Assembly (NCBI RefSeq): GCF_964213995.1
Contig: NC_135830.1
Span: forward strand, 7,254,001 to 7,318,000
DNA from: Mustelus asterias
Lineage: Eukaryota
Length of the DNA: 64,000 bases
Reading direction: 5' to 3'
Shown: positions 25,906 through 36,619 of the stretch, one piece after another
How positions within the stretch are numbered: the first letter of the stretch is position 1
Layout of the letters: the number at the start of each line of letters is the position of its first letter
Position numbers and translations under genes: made by a program
The notes under the pieces: generated by a model
What the model was told of the DNA's origin: nothing
The model's input: the letters and a program-made list of their open reading frames with translations, nothing else
Databases searched by the model: none

Positions 25906-26165
25906 AAATATCTACAGTTGTTTGTTATTTTGATTCCTACTTTGACTTCTTGATGGTTGGGGTTCTTGCAATCGCGGGAACTTGTCCCAAAGTCTCTCAG
26001 TTGTCGTTTGGGATCAGACTCTTCAGCTTCCGCAGTGGTTTTATTGTTACTCATTGGGTGCTGCCTCTTCCGGCTCTCTGACAATTTCAATTCTTTCTGT
26101 CCATTAACTCATTCTCTCCCGGGATCTCTGGGCAGAGTATTCTCTAGGTTTTACATTGTACTGAA
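25906..26165 (-). repeat. Right arm of the inverted repeat pair (partner 22525-22770)
   Basis: Reverse-complement similarity to 22525-22770 over about 250 bp. Confidence 0.8.
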
Positions 26166-27502
26166 GCTGCAGAAGAGGGTTCGGTCATTCGGCTCAACAG
26201 ATTCATGTCCGTGTAGACTCCATATTATTCAGCCACCACCAGTAATCTAATTGCCCATTTCACACATTCTGTATTGGTCTATCGTTTCAAACTTACCCAT
26301 AAATGTATCAGTACACCCTGGTCCAAACACGCAAGGTGGCAGCAAGTTCTAAATTCTGACGTCTCTTTGTTTAAATTCCTTCATTTTAATACATTTTAAT
26401 ACCGTTGCTGTTCAAGACGATAACATGTTCACGGCCCAATGCTCTGGAGATACCCACAAATAAACAATAGTTCCACAATCACCCCATTGATCCCATTCAT
26501 AATATAAATCATGTCTGCCTATCCTCCTCCTAGTTCTCCATTCTCCAGAGAAGAGAGACTCAGCACGTTACACCTTTCAGTGAGATGTGGATTGTTGCTG
26601 ATTTCTTTACTTATATGTGCATAACGAGAGAGGGAAAATTCTAACTGATAGAAGTAGGAGCGGTCCGACCAACTTACGAAGCTGTTCTGCCATTCAGGAA
26701 GGACTTGGATGATCTCTTACCTCACCAACCAACTTTCTGCATTGTCCTCACAATCCTTGGACTATTTTAATATCCAACTGTCAATCTAATACATCCTTGC
26801 ATACACCCTGCAATGACACCCACAACTCTCGGTGGGATAGAATCTACAGATTAACAACAGTGGTTTGATTGAATATATTTCTCTCTTCTGGGTTCAAATG
26901 GCTGTACCCTTATTCTGAAACTGTGCTATCAAGTTATAGACTCCACAGATTGGATATATCGACCACGTATCTGTTCTATCAACAACTTGATAATATTGTA
27001 TGATTCAATGAGTGTACCTCTAATTCCTCCCAATTCTAGGATTAAAGGCGCGGGCTACGCAATTTATTCACATTGGACAATCCTGTTATCTCAAAACTCG
27101 GTACTCACTCAGGGTGAAAACAAGGAGGATTCCCATCGTTCTGCTGCCTGTAACAAATGATCAGATGACAAGGAGCTGAAGACTGCAGACCTGCGCTTCT
27201 CTGGGAGACTGAACCTCAGAGCGGCACTGAAATACTTCAAACCCTAGCACTGGTAACTTGCACCAAAGCCAAAGTTCACGACAAAAAAAAACTTGAGGAT
27301 TCAAATGCGACGCTCATCTGTTAATATTCAGTCCATTATTCACGGCCGCTATTTGTGCCTCGGAGCTCCCAAAACCATTTTGCCACTCCCCGCCCCACCC
27401 CCCCCCCCCCGCCCCGCCCCCCTTGGCTGTTGCGAGCCGCATTTTTGGAATGGTCTATGGTCTGCAGTTGAGTGGAAGAGGGCCGTGCTCACGAGATCTT
27501 TG

Positions 27503-27942
27503 ATGGGGCATACGGATCTGCAGTTTCTTATTCTGTATTGTGTGAATGACGGTCAGGTTTAATGAGTCAGCTAACATTCATCGCTTCCTTCGATCTGTGA
27601 GCTGGTTTTCAAAATCCCTCCCACGTTTGTCTGCAGTCCAGGTGATAGGAGATGGCGTCATTGTGTCAGTGGAAGCTCCCACCCTCTTTTCCCCGCAGTA
27701 GTGAGTTGGGAGATCGGTCAATGTGATTTTATTGGATGGTATTATTTCCACTCTTATTGCTGTAGTGCCCCGATCCTTTAACAACACCCTGCAGGGGTTT
27801 GCAGGAACTCAATTAAATGTTTGAGCAGAATGCCGGAGCCTCAGAACACGCAGCTTCCCTCAGTCCAGAAACTGATGATCAGGTTACAATATCACACCTT
27901 CCACTGACAACATCCACGTATTAATTGACCACATACACAGCG
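27503..27942 (+). pseudogene. Highly decayed TCR-like leader and V segment with heptamer
   Basis: Leader-like exon MGHTDLQFLILYCVND G|gtcagg (27503-27551, phase 1), an 85-bp intron ending gtttgtctgcag (27636), then an exon of about 300 nt with QCDFIG and FR3-like VTISHLPLTTSTY*, followed by CACAGCG (27936-27942). No nonamer at 23 bp. Confidence 0.45.
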
Positions 27943-28201
27943 ATTCCTGCACCATCGATATTGTCTGAATTAGATTATTGTGCGCACCATATTTGATTAA
28001 TCATTTGAGGATCTTGTGGAAGGTGCGGGCCTTCATTAGAATGTACCAACGATGAGAAACTTTAGTTTTGTGGAAAGATTGGAGAAAGTGGGAATCTTCG
28101 CCGTCGAACAAAGAAGTTGGAGAAAATATTTGATTAATATTGACAGTTATTCTAGTTGAATAAATAAGGAAAGATGGCACCTAATGGCAGAAGGTTTGTC
28201 A

Positions 28202-28781
28202 CAGTAAGAAGTTTAACAACACCAGGTTAAATTCCAACAGGTTTATTTGGTAGCAAAAGCCACACAAGCTTTCGGAGCTCCAAGCCCCTTCTTCAGGTGA
28301 GTGGGAATTCTGTTCACAAACAGGGCATATAAAGACACAGACTCAATTTACATGAATAATGGTTGGAATGCGAATACTTACAGCTTATCAAGTCTTTAAG
28401 AAACAAAACTACGTGAGTGGAGAGAGCATCAAGACAGGCTAAAAAGATGTGTATTGTCTCCAGACAAGACAGCCAGTTAAACTCTGCAGGTCCAGGCAAC
28501 TGTGGGGGTTACAGATAGTGTGACATGAACCCAATATCCCGGTTGAGGCCGTCCTCGTGTGTGCGGAAGTTGGCTATCAGTTTCTGCTCAGCGACTCTGT
28601 GCCATCGTGTGTCGTGAAGGCCGCCTTGGAGAACGCTTACCCGAATATCAGAAGCCGAATGCCCGTGACCGCTGAAGTGCTCCCCAACAGGAAGAGAACA
28701 GTCTTGCCTGGTGATTGTCAAGCGGTGTTCATTCATCCGTTGTCGCAGCGTCTGCATAGTTTCCCCAATGTACCATGCCTC
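28202..28781 (-). mobile_element. Penelope-like element, truncated (GIY-YIG C-terminus and terminal repeat with hammerhead-like core)
   Basis: QTLRQRMNEHR...PVGEHFSGHGH...RVAEQKLIANFRTHEDGLNRD; 9-bp TSD GGTTTGTCA (28193-28201, 28782-28790); CTGAAGA-AGGGGC-ttgga-GCTCC-GAAA on the minus strand at 28270-28296. Confidence 0.85.
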
Positions 28782-28806
28782 GGTTTGTCACCAGATGACT
28801 TACATT

Positions 28807-31468
28807 GAACATAGAACATAGAACATAGAACATAGAACAGTACAGCACAGAACAGGCCCTTCGGCCCACGATGTTGTGCCGACCTTCATCTGAAACCAAG
28901 ATCAAGCTATCCCACTCCCTACCATCCTGGTGTGCTCCATGTGCCTATCCAATAACCGCTTAAATGTTCCTAAAGTGTCTGACTCCACTATCACTGCAGG
29001 CAGTCCATTCCACACACCAACCACTCTCTGCGTGAAGAACCTACCTCTGATATCCTTCCTATATCTCCCACCATGAACCCTATAGTTATGCCCCCTTGTA
29101 ATAGCTCCATCCACCCGAGGAAATAGTCTTTGAACGTTCATTCTATCTATCCCCTTCATCATTTTATAAACCTCTATTAAGTCTCCGCTCAGCCTCCTCC
29201 GCTCCAGAGAGAACAGCCCCAGCTCCCTCAACCTTTCCTCATAAGACCGACACTCCAAACCAGGCAGCATCCTGGTAAATCTCCTCTGCACTCTTTCCAG
29301 CGCTTCTACATCCTTCTTATAGTGAGGTGACCAGAAGTGCACGCAATATTCCAAATGCGGTCTCACCAAGGTCCTGTACAGTTGCAGCATAACCCCACGG
29401 CTTTTAAACTCCAACCCCCTGTTACTAAAAGCTAACACACGATATGCCTTCTTCACAGCTCTATCCACTTGAGTGGCAACCTTTAGAGATCTGTGGATAT
29501 GGACCCCAAGATCTCTCTGTTCCTCCACAGTCTTCAGAACCCTACCTTTGACCCTGTAATCCACATTTAAATTAGTCCTACCAAAATGAATCACCTCACA
29601 TTTATCAGGGTTAAACTCCATTTGCCATTTTCCAGCCCAGCTTTGCATCCTATCTATGTCTCTTTGCAGCCTACAACAGCCCTCCACCTCATCCACTACT
29701 CCACCAATCTTGGTGTCATCAGCAAATTTACTGATCCACCCTTCAGCCCCCTCCTCTAAGTCATTAATAAAAATCACAAAGAGCAGAGGACCAAGCACCG
29801 ATCCCTGCGGCACTCCGCTAGCAACCTGCCTCCAGTCCGAAAATTTTCCATCCACCACCACCCTCTGTCTTCGATCAGATAGCCAGTTACCTATCCAATC
29901 GGCCAACTTTCCCTCTATCCCACACCTCCTTACTTTCATCATAAGCCGACCATGGGGGACCTTATCAAACGCCTTACTAAAATCCATGTATATGACATCA
30001 ACCGCCCTACCTTCATCAACACACCTAGTTACCTCCTCAAAAAATTCTATCAAATTTGTGAGGCACGATTTACCCTTCACAAATCCGTGCTGACTATCCC
30101 GGATTAATCCGCATCTTTCTAAATGGTCGTAAATCCCATCCCGAAGGACCTTTTCCATCAATTTACCAACCACCGAAGTCAGACTAACCGGTCTATAATT
30201 ACCAGGGTCATTTCTATTCCCTTTCTTAAACAGAGGAACAACATTTGCCACTCTCCAGTCCTCTGGCACCATCCCCGTGGACAGCGAGGACCCAAAGATC
30301 AAAGCCAAAGGCTCTGCAATCTCATCCCTCGCCTCCCAAAGAATCCTAGGATACATTTCATCAGGCCCAGGGGACTTATCGACCTTCAGTTTATTCAAAA
30401 CTGCCAATACATCCTCCCTCCGAACATCTATTTCCTCCAGCCTATTAGCCTGTAACACCTTCTCTTCCTGAAAAACATGGCCCCTCTCCTTGGTGAACAC
30501 TGAAGAAAAGTATTCATTCATCACCTCGCCTATCTCTACTGATTCCATACACAAGTTCCCACCACTGTCCTTGACCGGCCCTAACCTCACCCTGGTCATT
30601 CTTTTATTCCTCACATAAGAGTAAAAAGCCTTGGGGTTTTCCTTGATCCGACCCGCCAAGGACTTCTCATGTCCCCTCCTAGCTCTCCTCAGCCCCTTTT
30701 TCAGCTCATTCCTTGCTAACTTGTAACCCTCAATCGAGCCATCTGAACCTTGTTTCCTCATCCCTACATAAGCTTCCCTCTTCCTTTTCACAAGACATTC
30801 CACCTCTTTTGTGAACCACGGTTCCCTCACTCGGCCATTTCCTCCCTGCCTGACAGGGACATACCTATCAAGGACACCCAGTATTTGTTCCTTGAAAAAG
30901 TTCCACTTTTCATCAGTGCCTTTCCCTGACAGTTTCTGTTCCCATCTTATGCCCCCTAATTCTTGCCTAATCGCATCATAATTACCTCTCCCCCAATTGT
31001 AAGCCTTGCCCTGCCGTCCGGCCCTATCCCTCTCCATTGCAATAACAAAAGACACCGAATTGTGGTCACTATCTCCAAAGTTCTCTCCCACAACCAAATC
31101 TAACACTTGGCCCGGTTCATTTCCCAGTACCAAATCCAATGTGGCCTCACCCCTTGTCGGCCTATCCACATATTGTGTCAGGAAACCCTCCTGCACACAC
31201 TGCACAAAAAGTGCCCCATCCAAACTATTTGACCTACAAAGGTTCCAATCAATATTTGGAAAGTTAAAGTCCCCCATGACAACTACCCTGTGACCCCAAC
31301 ACGTATCCATAATCTGCTTAGCAATTTCTTCCTCCACATCTCTATTACTATTTGGGGGCCTATAGTAAACTCCGAGCAACGTGACCGCTCCTTTCCTGTT
31401 TCTAACTGCAGCCCATATTACCTCAGTGTGCATATCCCCCTCAAAGTGCTTTTCCGCAGCCGTTAAAC
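28807..31468 (-). mobile_element. Young CR1/HER1 LINE, 5'-truncated within the endonuclease, ORF2 uninterrupted
   Basis: About 855 open codons: GVYYRPP, MGDFNFP, LDLVL and GDSDH (APE endonuclease), a full RT (QGSVLGP, KFADD) and the C-terminus; (GAACATA)4 tail. The first roughly 60 aa of the ORF-track protein are non-LINE read-through. Confidence 0.95.
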
Positions 31469-31830
31469 TATGTGTGATTGTATGAAAGGAATGGCATTTG
31501 CGAAAGAACCAGCGGCAACTTGAGCAGACATTTGCTTTGCAATGTGCATTGTTGTCATGTGGAATACACTCTGAAGGACTGGTGGAATAAGTTTTAATAG
31601 TAAATGTCAACAATGAATTGGACAAATAAAGCCATGGAAATATTAGCAAGGCATTCGTGTAGGCACAGCGGAATGGGAATTAATTGGTAACTCTGCAAAA
31701 GGGGTCACCTCGGCACGATGTGCTGAATGATATCATTGTATAATTGAATGATGAAGGAAAGGGAGAATAAGTTCTAGGTGTTCCCAATATCTAAAAATAT
31801 GTCCGTTTTCTGAACATTTACTGTTCGAAG

Positions 31831-32110
31831 TTCCGTGCTATTCTTATGCAAATAATCAAACTTTGCCGTCAGCAGCCTGTTTGCAGAAAGAATGTATGGT
31901 GTTGCCCTATTCATACCGCATTGACAGCCACAGGTATAATCTGCTCTGGTACCGATAAAAACACTCCAGGAGGCGTTGTGGGAGAAGTAGAGAAAGCAAA
32001 GGCTGATTTTCTTCAGCCCACTAAGTATCGGGTTGCTTCTTCAGTTTGACGCTGAAGATGGACATCTGGGAGACGTGGGATGTTTCAATTTGTGCTGAAT
32101 ATTCACAGTG
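31831..32110 (+). pseudogene. TCR alpha/delta-like V pseudogene with heptamer
   Basis: After acceptor ...tgttcgaag|: PCYSYANNQTLPSAACLQKECMVLP(Y)SYRIDSHRYNLLWYR* (FR1 Cys replaced by Tyr, WYRQ to WYR*), then frameshifted AKA-RFS...FFSLTLK...CAE, directly followed by CACAGTG (32104-32110) and a shortened spacer with GCAGAAACT. Confidence 0.65.
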
Positions 32111-33107
32111 ATACAGGTTGACAGTGCAGAAACTATCTTTGGATTGTAATATAACCTGAGTAATGGGAGCTCAGTGTGTGAACAGCGTATCTGCCCCTCT
32201 GGCAGCTGAAGAAACGGGCTGTGGGATTGTATGCGGATTTAAAAACAAATCTGATTGCCAAGATGTTTACAATTGCAAAAGGTTATCTTCTGAACAAAAA
32301 TGTAGAAATAGCACTTAATCTGTTGTTTAAAAACAGAGCTGCTGAATATCAATATGAGATAGACACTCAGTGGATTCTATAATTACCGAATCTGAGAATT
32401 GTGCAGCCTGGATGGAATCGATTGTCCATCGTGCCATTACTGTCTTTGAAAGAGCTATTGGATTTTGTTCCTGATGTCTCCTCTTTGTCTGCAGCTCTGA
32501 AGATCCCACCCAAACCCCATCAGTTTATGCAATTCCCTTTTGAAGATTTCCAGTGTATCTTCAGTGACATATTCCATATTAAATTAGTATAGTTTAACAA
32601 CGTTCTATTTATCTCCCTTCAGGATATTTTACCAATTATTGTAAACCTTGGAACTGTTCCTTGTCCAGTGGAAACAGTTTCGCCTTACTCTCACAAAGCT
32701 CAATGTTAATTTGAATTAAATTCCCCATTGGCCATCATAGATTAAAGGAGAACAATTCCAGTTTCTCTAATCTCTCTGTGCAACTGAAATCCGTCATTTC
32801 CTGACATAATTTCAGTCAACATCTTCTTTAAATTCTCCAAGACCCTCATATCCCTTCTCATACGTACTGACCAGAATGAGACACAATTCCTCAGTTGAAG
32901 CTAACCAATGACATATAAAACTTTAACATAGCTTCCATACTTTTGTACTATGTCTCAAACTATAGACAAACATCCTCTGCGGATTATGAACAATTTTATA
33001 ATCTGCTCATCCCAGTGAACTCCTTGTGTGCCTGCCTTCATTCTGTTGCGGCACACGTTTAAAATAGTCGCGTTCAGTTTACATTGCATCGCCTAATTAG
33101 TCATAAA

Positions 33108-34075
33108 TAGAGTCATAGAGGTTTACAACATGGAAACAGGCCCTGCGGCCCAACTTGCCCACGCCGCCCTTTTTTAAAAAATTCCTAAACTAATCCCAAT
33201 TGCCCGCATTTGGCCCATATCCCTCTCTACCCATCGTACCCATGTAACTATCTCAATGCTTTTTAAAAGGCAAAGTTGTACTTAACTCGACTACTATCTC
33301 TGGCAGCTTGTTCCAGACACTCACCACCCTCTGTGTGAAACAACTGCCCCTCTGTCCACTTTTGTATCGCTCCTCTCTCACCTTAAGCTCATGCCCTCCA
33401 GTTTTAGACTCGCCTACCTTTGGGAAAAGATGTTGACTATCTAGCCGATCTGTGCCCCTCATTATTTTATAGGCCTTTATAAGATCAGTCCTCAGCCTCC
33501 TACGCTCCAGAGAATAAAGTCCCAGTCTATCCAGCCTCTCTTTATAGCTCAATCCATCAAGTCCCGGTAACATCCTAGTAAATCTCTTCTGCACACTTTC
33601 TAGTTTAATAATGCCCTTTCTATGATAGGGTGACCATAATTGCACACTGTATTCCAAGTGTGGCCTTGCCAATGTCTTGTACAACTTCAACAAGACGTCC
33701 CAACTCCTGTATTCAATGTCTTACCGATGAAACCAAGCATGCCAAATGCCTTCTTCACCACTCGGTCCACCTGTGACTCCACTTTCAAGGAGCTATGAAC
33801 ATGTACCCCGAGATCTCTTTGTTCTGTAACTGTCCCCAACGCCCTACCATTAACTGAGAAACTCCTGCCCTGGTTCAATCGACCAAAATGCATCACCTTG
33901 CATTTGTCTAAATTAAACACCATCTGCCATTCGTCAGCCCATTGGCCCAATTGATCAAGATCCCGTTGCAATTGGAGATGACTTTCTTCACTGTCCATTA
34001 TGCCACCAATCTTGATGTCATCTGCAAACGTACTAACCATGCCTCCTATATTCTCATCCAAATCATTAATATTAA
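33108..34075 (-). mobile_element. CR1 LINE 3' fragment
   Basis: TFADDIKIGG, ARPHLEY and ERRRLRTDLIK; tail tagagtcatagag. Confidence 0.85.
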
Positions 34076-34729
34076 TGATGTAATATGAATTCCTCCTCCC
34101 AAATCTGTCTTTCACACATCCCTGCATTAAGGTCCGTTTGCCTCGTGTCTCTTCATAACCGAAGGATATGGGGAAGGCAGGATCAGTCTACTGAGTTGCA
34201 CGATCAGCCTTTATCATAATGAATGTCGCAGTAGTCTCTAAGGGCCGAATGTGCTCTCCTGCTCATATTTTCTATTTTTATATGTTTCTTGAATCTGTGT
34301 ATATCCTTCTGAATCTTACTATTATCCTCCTCAGTGTTTCACACTCTGAATTCCATATCTCAAAGTGTTGAAATTATCTCTTTTTTAGAAGTTGGAATTA
34401 TTTTTCTGCACCATAACGAGTAGTGGTCCTAATATTGACTCCAGGTGACATTATTGTATACTCTGCTGAAGACAGAATAACCATCGTTCACGATGTCTCA
34501 CTGCTTTCTGTTTGTTATCCGATGAAACAATCTCACAGTTGCTATCCCTTTAATACACGTGGCGCAGCTTCTGAACAACTCCATTAAATGAGACTTGATC
34601 AAACGTCATTCATAACAAACCAGCACCTTCGTATTTATATATCCTTTGTTACTTAGACAATGAACTACATTGAGTTTACCAGATATGTATTTCTATTATC
34701 ATATTCGTTCTTTTGCTCGTTTATGTTTT

Positions 34730-35760
34730 TGATTCGATTTGATTTGATTTATTATTGTCACGTGCATTTGTAAACAATGAGAAGTGTAGTTTCCTGTGTG
34801 CTTTACAGACAAGCATACCGTATATAGGAGATGAAAGTAGACAGTGCAGAATGTATTGCTACGATCATAACTTGGATGTCGAGAAATATCAATTTAATGC
34901 AAGGTAGGTCCATTCAAAAGTCTCATGGCAGTCGGGAAGAAGCTGTTTTTGAGCTGATGGCATGTGATCTCAGGCTTTTGTATCTTTTTCGCGAGGCAAA
35001 AGGTGGAAGAGAGTATGTCTGGCGTGCGAGAAGTCCTTGATTATGCTGCTTTTCTGGAGCAGTGGAACGCACAGACAGAGTCAATGGATGGGAGTCTGGT
35101 TTCAGTGATAGACTGGGCTTCATTCACGACCCTTTGTATTTTCTTGCGGTCTTGGACAGGGCAGGAGCCATTCCAAGGAGTGATAAAACCAGAAAGAATG
35201 CTTTCTATGGCGCATCTGTAGAAATTGGTGAGAGTTGTAGCGGACATGCCAAATTTCCTGAGCCTGCTCAGAAAGTAGAGGCGTTGGTGGGATTTCTCAA
35301 CTGTAACTTTAGCACGCAGGGAACAGGACAGGTTGTTGATGATCTGGATCAATAAAAAATTGAAGTTCTCAACTATTTCTACTTCGTCCCCATTGATTAG
35401 ACAGGGGCATGTCCTCCAAGATGCTTCCTGAAGTCGATGAATATCTCCTTCGTTTTGTTGACGTTGAGGGAGAGATTATTGTCGTCACACCAGTTCACCA
35501 GATTCTCTGTCACTTTCCTGTACTGTGTCTCATCATTGTTTGGCATCAGACCCACAACGTTGGTGTCATCAGCCAACCTGAAAATCGAGTTGGATGTGGA
35601 ACTTGGCCACACAGTCAAAGGCATATAAGGAGTATAGTCAGGGCTGAGGGCACAGCCTTGCGGAGCATCGGGGTTGAGGATGATAATGGAGGTGGTGTTT
35701 TTGCCTATCCTTACTGACTGTGATTTGCGGGTTAGGAGGTCTCGGATTTAAACCAAGAAG
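34730..35760 (-). mobile_element. Rex1/Babar- or L2-like LINE 3' fragment
   Basis: RLADDTNVVGLM, NLSLNVNKTKEIFIDFRK, QRLYFLSRLRKFGMS and FYRCAIESILSG; related + strand copy at about 47180-47890. Confidence 0.75.
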
Positions 35761-36261
35761 CAAATGTTTCTGTCCCCTGTTGTGGCCTCTCGTGATTTCT
35801 TCATGGCTAATATTGCGCTGATACATTTTCAGATCCCGGTTTTATCCCTTTTTGCTTTTTAAAGCAAGTTGGCGCATTTCCAATCCTCCATTCCTTTGAC
35901 ACCACTCCCATATTCATTGAGGATGGATGATTATGGAACGCCCCCCACCATTATTTCCATTATTCCTGCCGTAAGCGACACTCCTGCGTGCTATCCAGAC
36001 GGCATATATATTCTACGATATTATTATATGAAGAACTTTTGGATTGAAAGGAGTTAACAGAACTTGTTTGTTCAGTGAATGTAACTAATGTCAGTCTCAG
36101 GGGAACCTAAATGTGGCACCAGGGGGGTTCCCATTTCTATTGGTAACGGACCTCTTTCAGCACAATAGCGTGAGCGGGTGCAACACCTCCAACATTGAAA
36201 GAGATCAGCAGCTCCAGAGAGAAGAGCAGAAGAGATCAGAATCTGAACGAAATAGATTGAA

Positions 36262-36484
36262 ATGGAGACAAATCTGAGAACAATGGGTTGCAATGTTACA
36301 ACAGTGGATCAGAATCTGCGAACAGTCGGCTGCAATGTTACAACAGTGGATCGGAGTTTATCCATGGCACTTGCCATGCTTAATCAGGATTGGATGCCAT
36401 TAACATTAGCATTCTGGATCAGATATATTGTTCACGTTATTCAAGCAGGATACTACCCCATTTTGGCAATTGTTGGTGTCCCCG
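36262..36484 (+). CDS. GPR139/GPR142-like orphan GPCR, copy C, exon 1 (extended, repeat-containing N-terminus)
   Basis: METNLRTMGCNVTTVDQNLRTVGCNVTTVDRSLSMALAML...YYPILAIVGVP G|GTAAGT; phase-1 donor in frame with the acceptor at 40983. The start codon is uncertain because later in-frame ATGs exist. Confidence 0.8.
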
Positions 36485-36619
36485 GTAAGTCTCCTGATGC
36501 AATTTGTTATTCCATAAACAATGTTCACTTACTTTTGTTCGTTACACATAGCTTTTGGGAAAAATGAAGTCATTTTCTTCAGATCCAGTCATCATGATTG
36601 TCATATGCCAACTCAGTAA

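Noticed and set aside
26297-26340. Minus-strand FGPG motif followed by G|GTAAGT, resembling a TCR J segment
   Set aside because: The residues after FGPG (CTDTFM) do not fit T-x-L-x-V and there is no upstream heptamer or nonamer.
27109-27147. 39-nt minus-strand micro-exon or leader (MGILLVFTL|GTGAGT)
   Set aside because: Splice signals are plausible, but it is too short for a signal peptide and I found no partner exon.
31469-31649. N-terminal 60 aa of the 915-aa ORF as a novel LINE fusion
   Set aside because: Chance open frame (TTG start) through an adjacent older repeat upstream of the 5' truncation point.
31846-31853. ATGCAAAT octamer
   Set aside because: Lies inside the coding region of the V pseudogene rather than upstream of a leader; likely chance.
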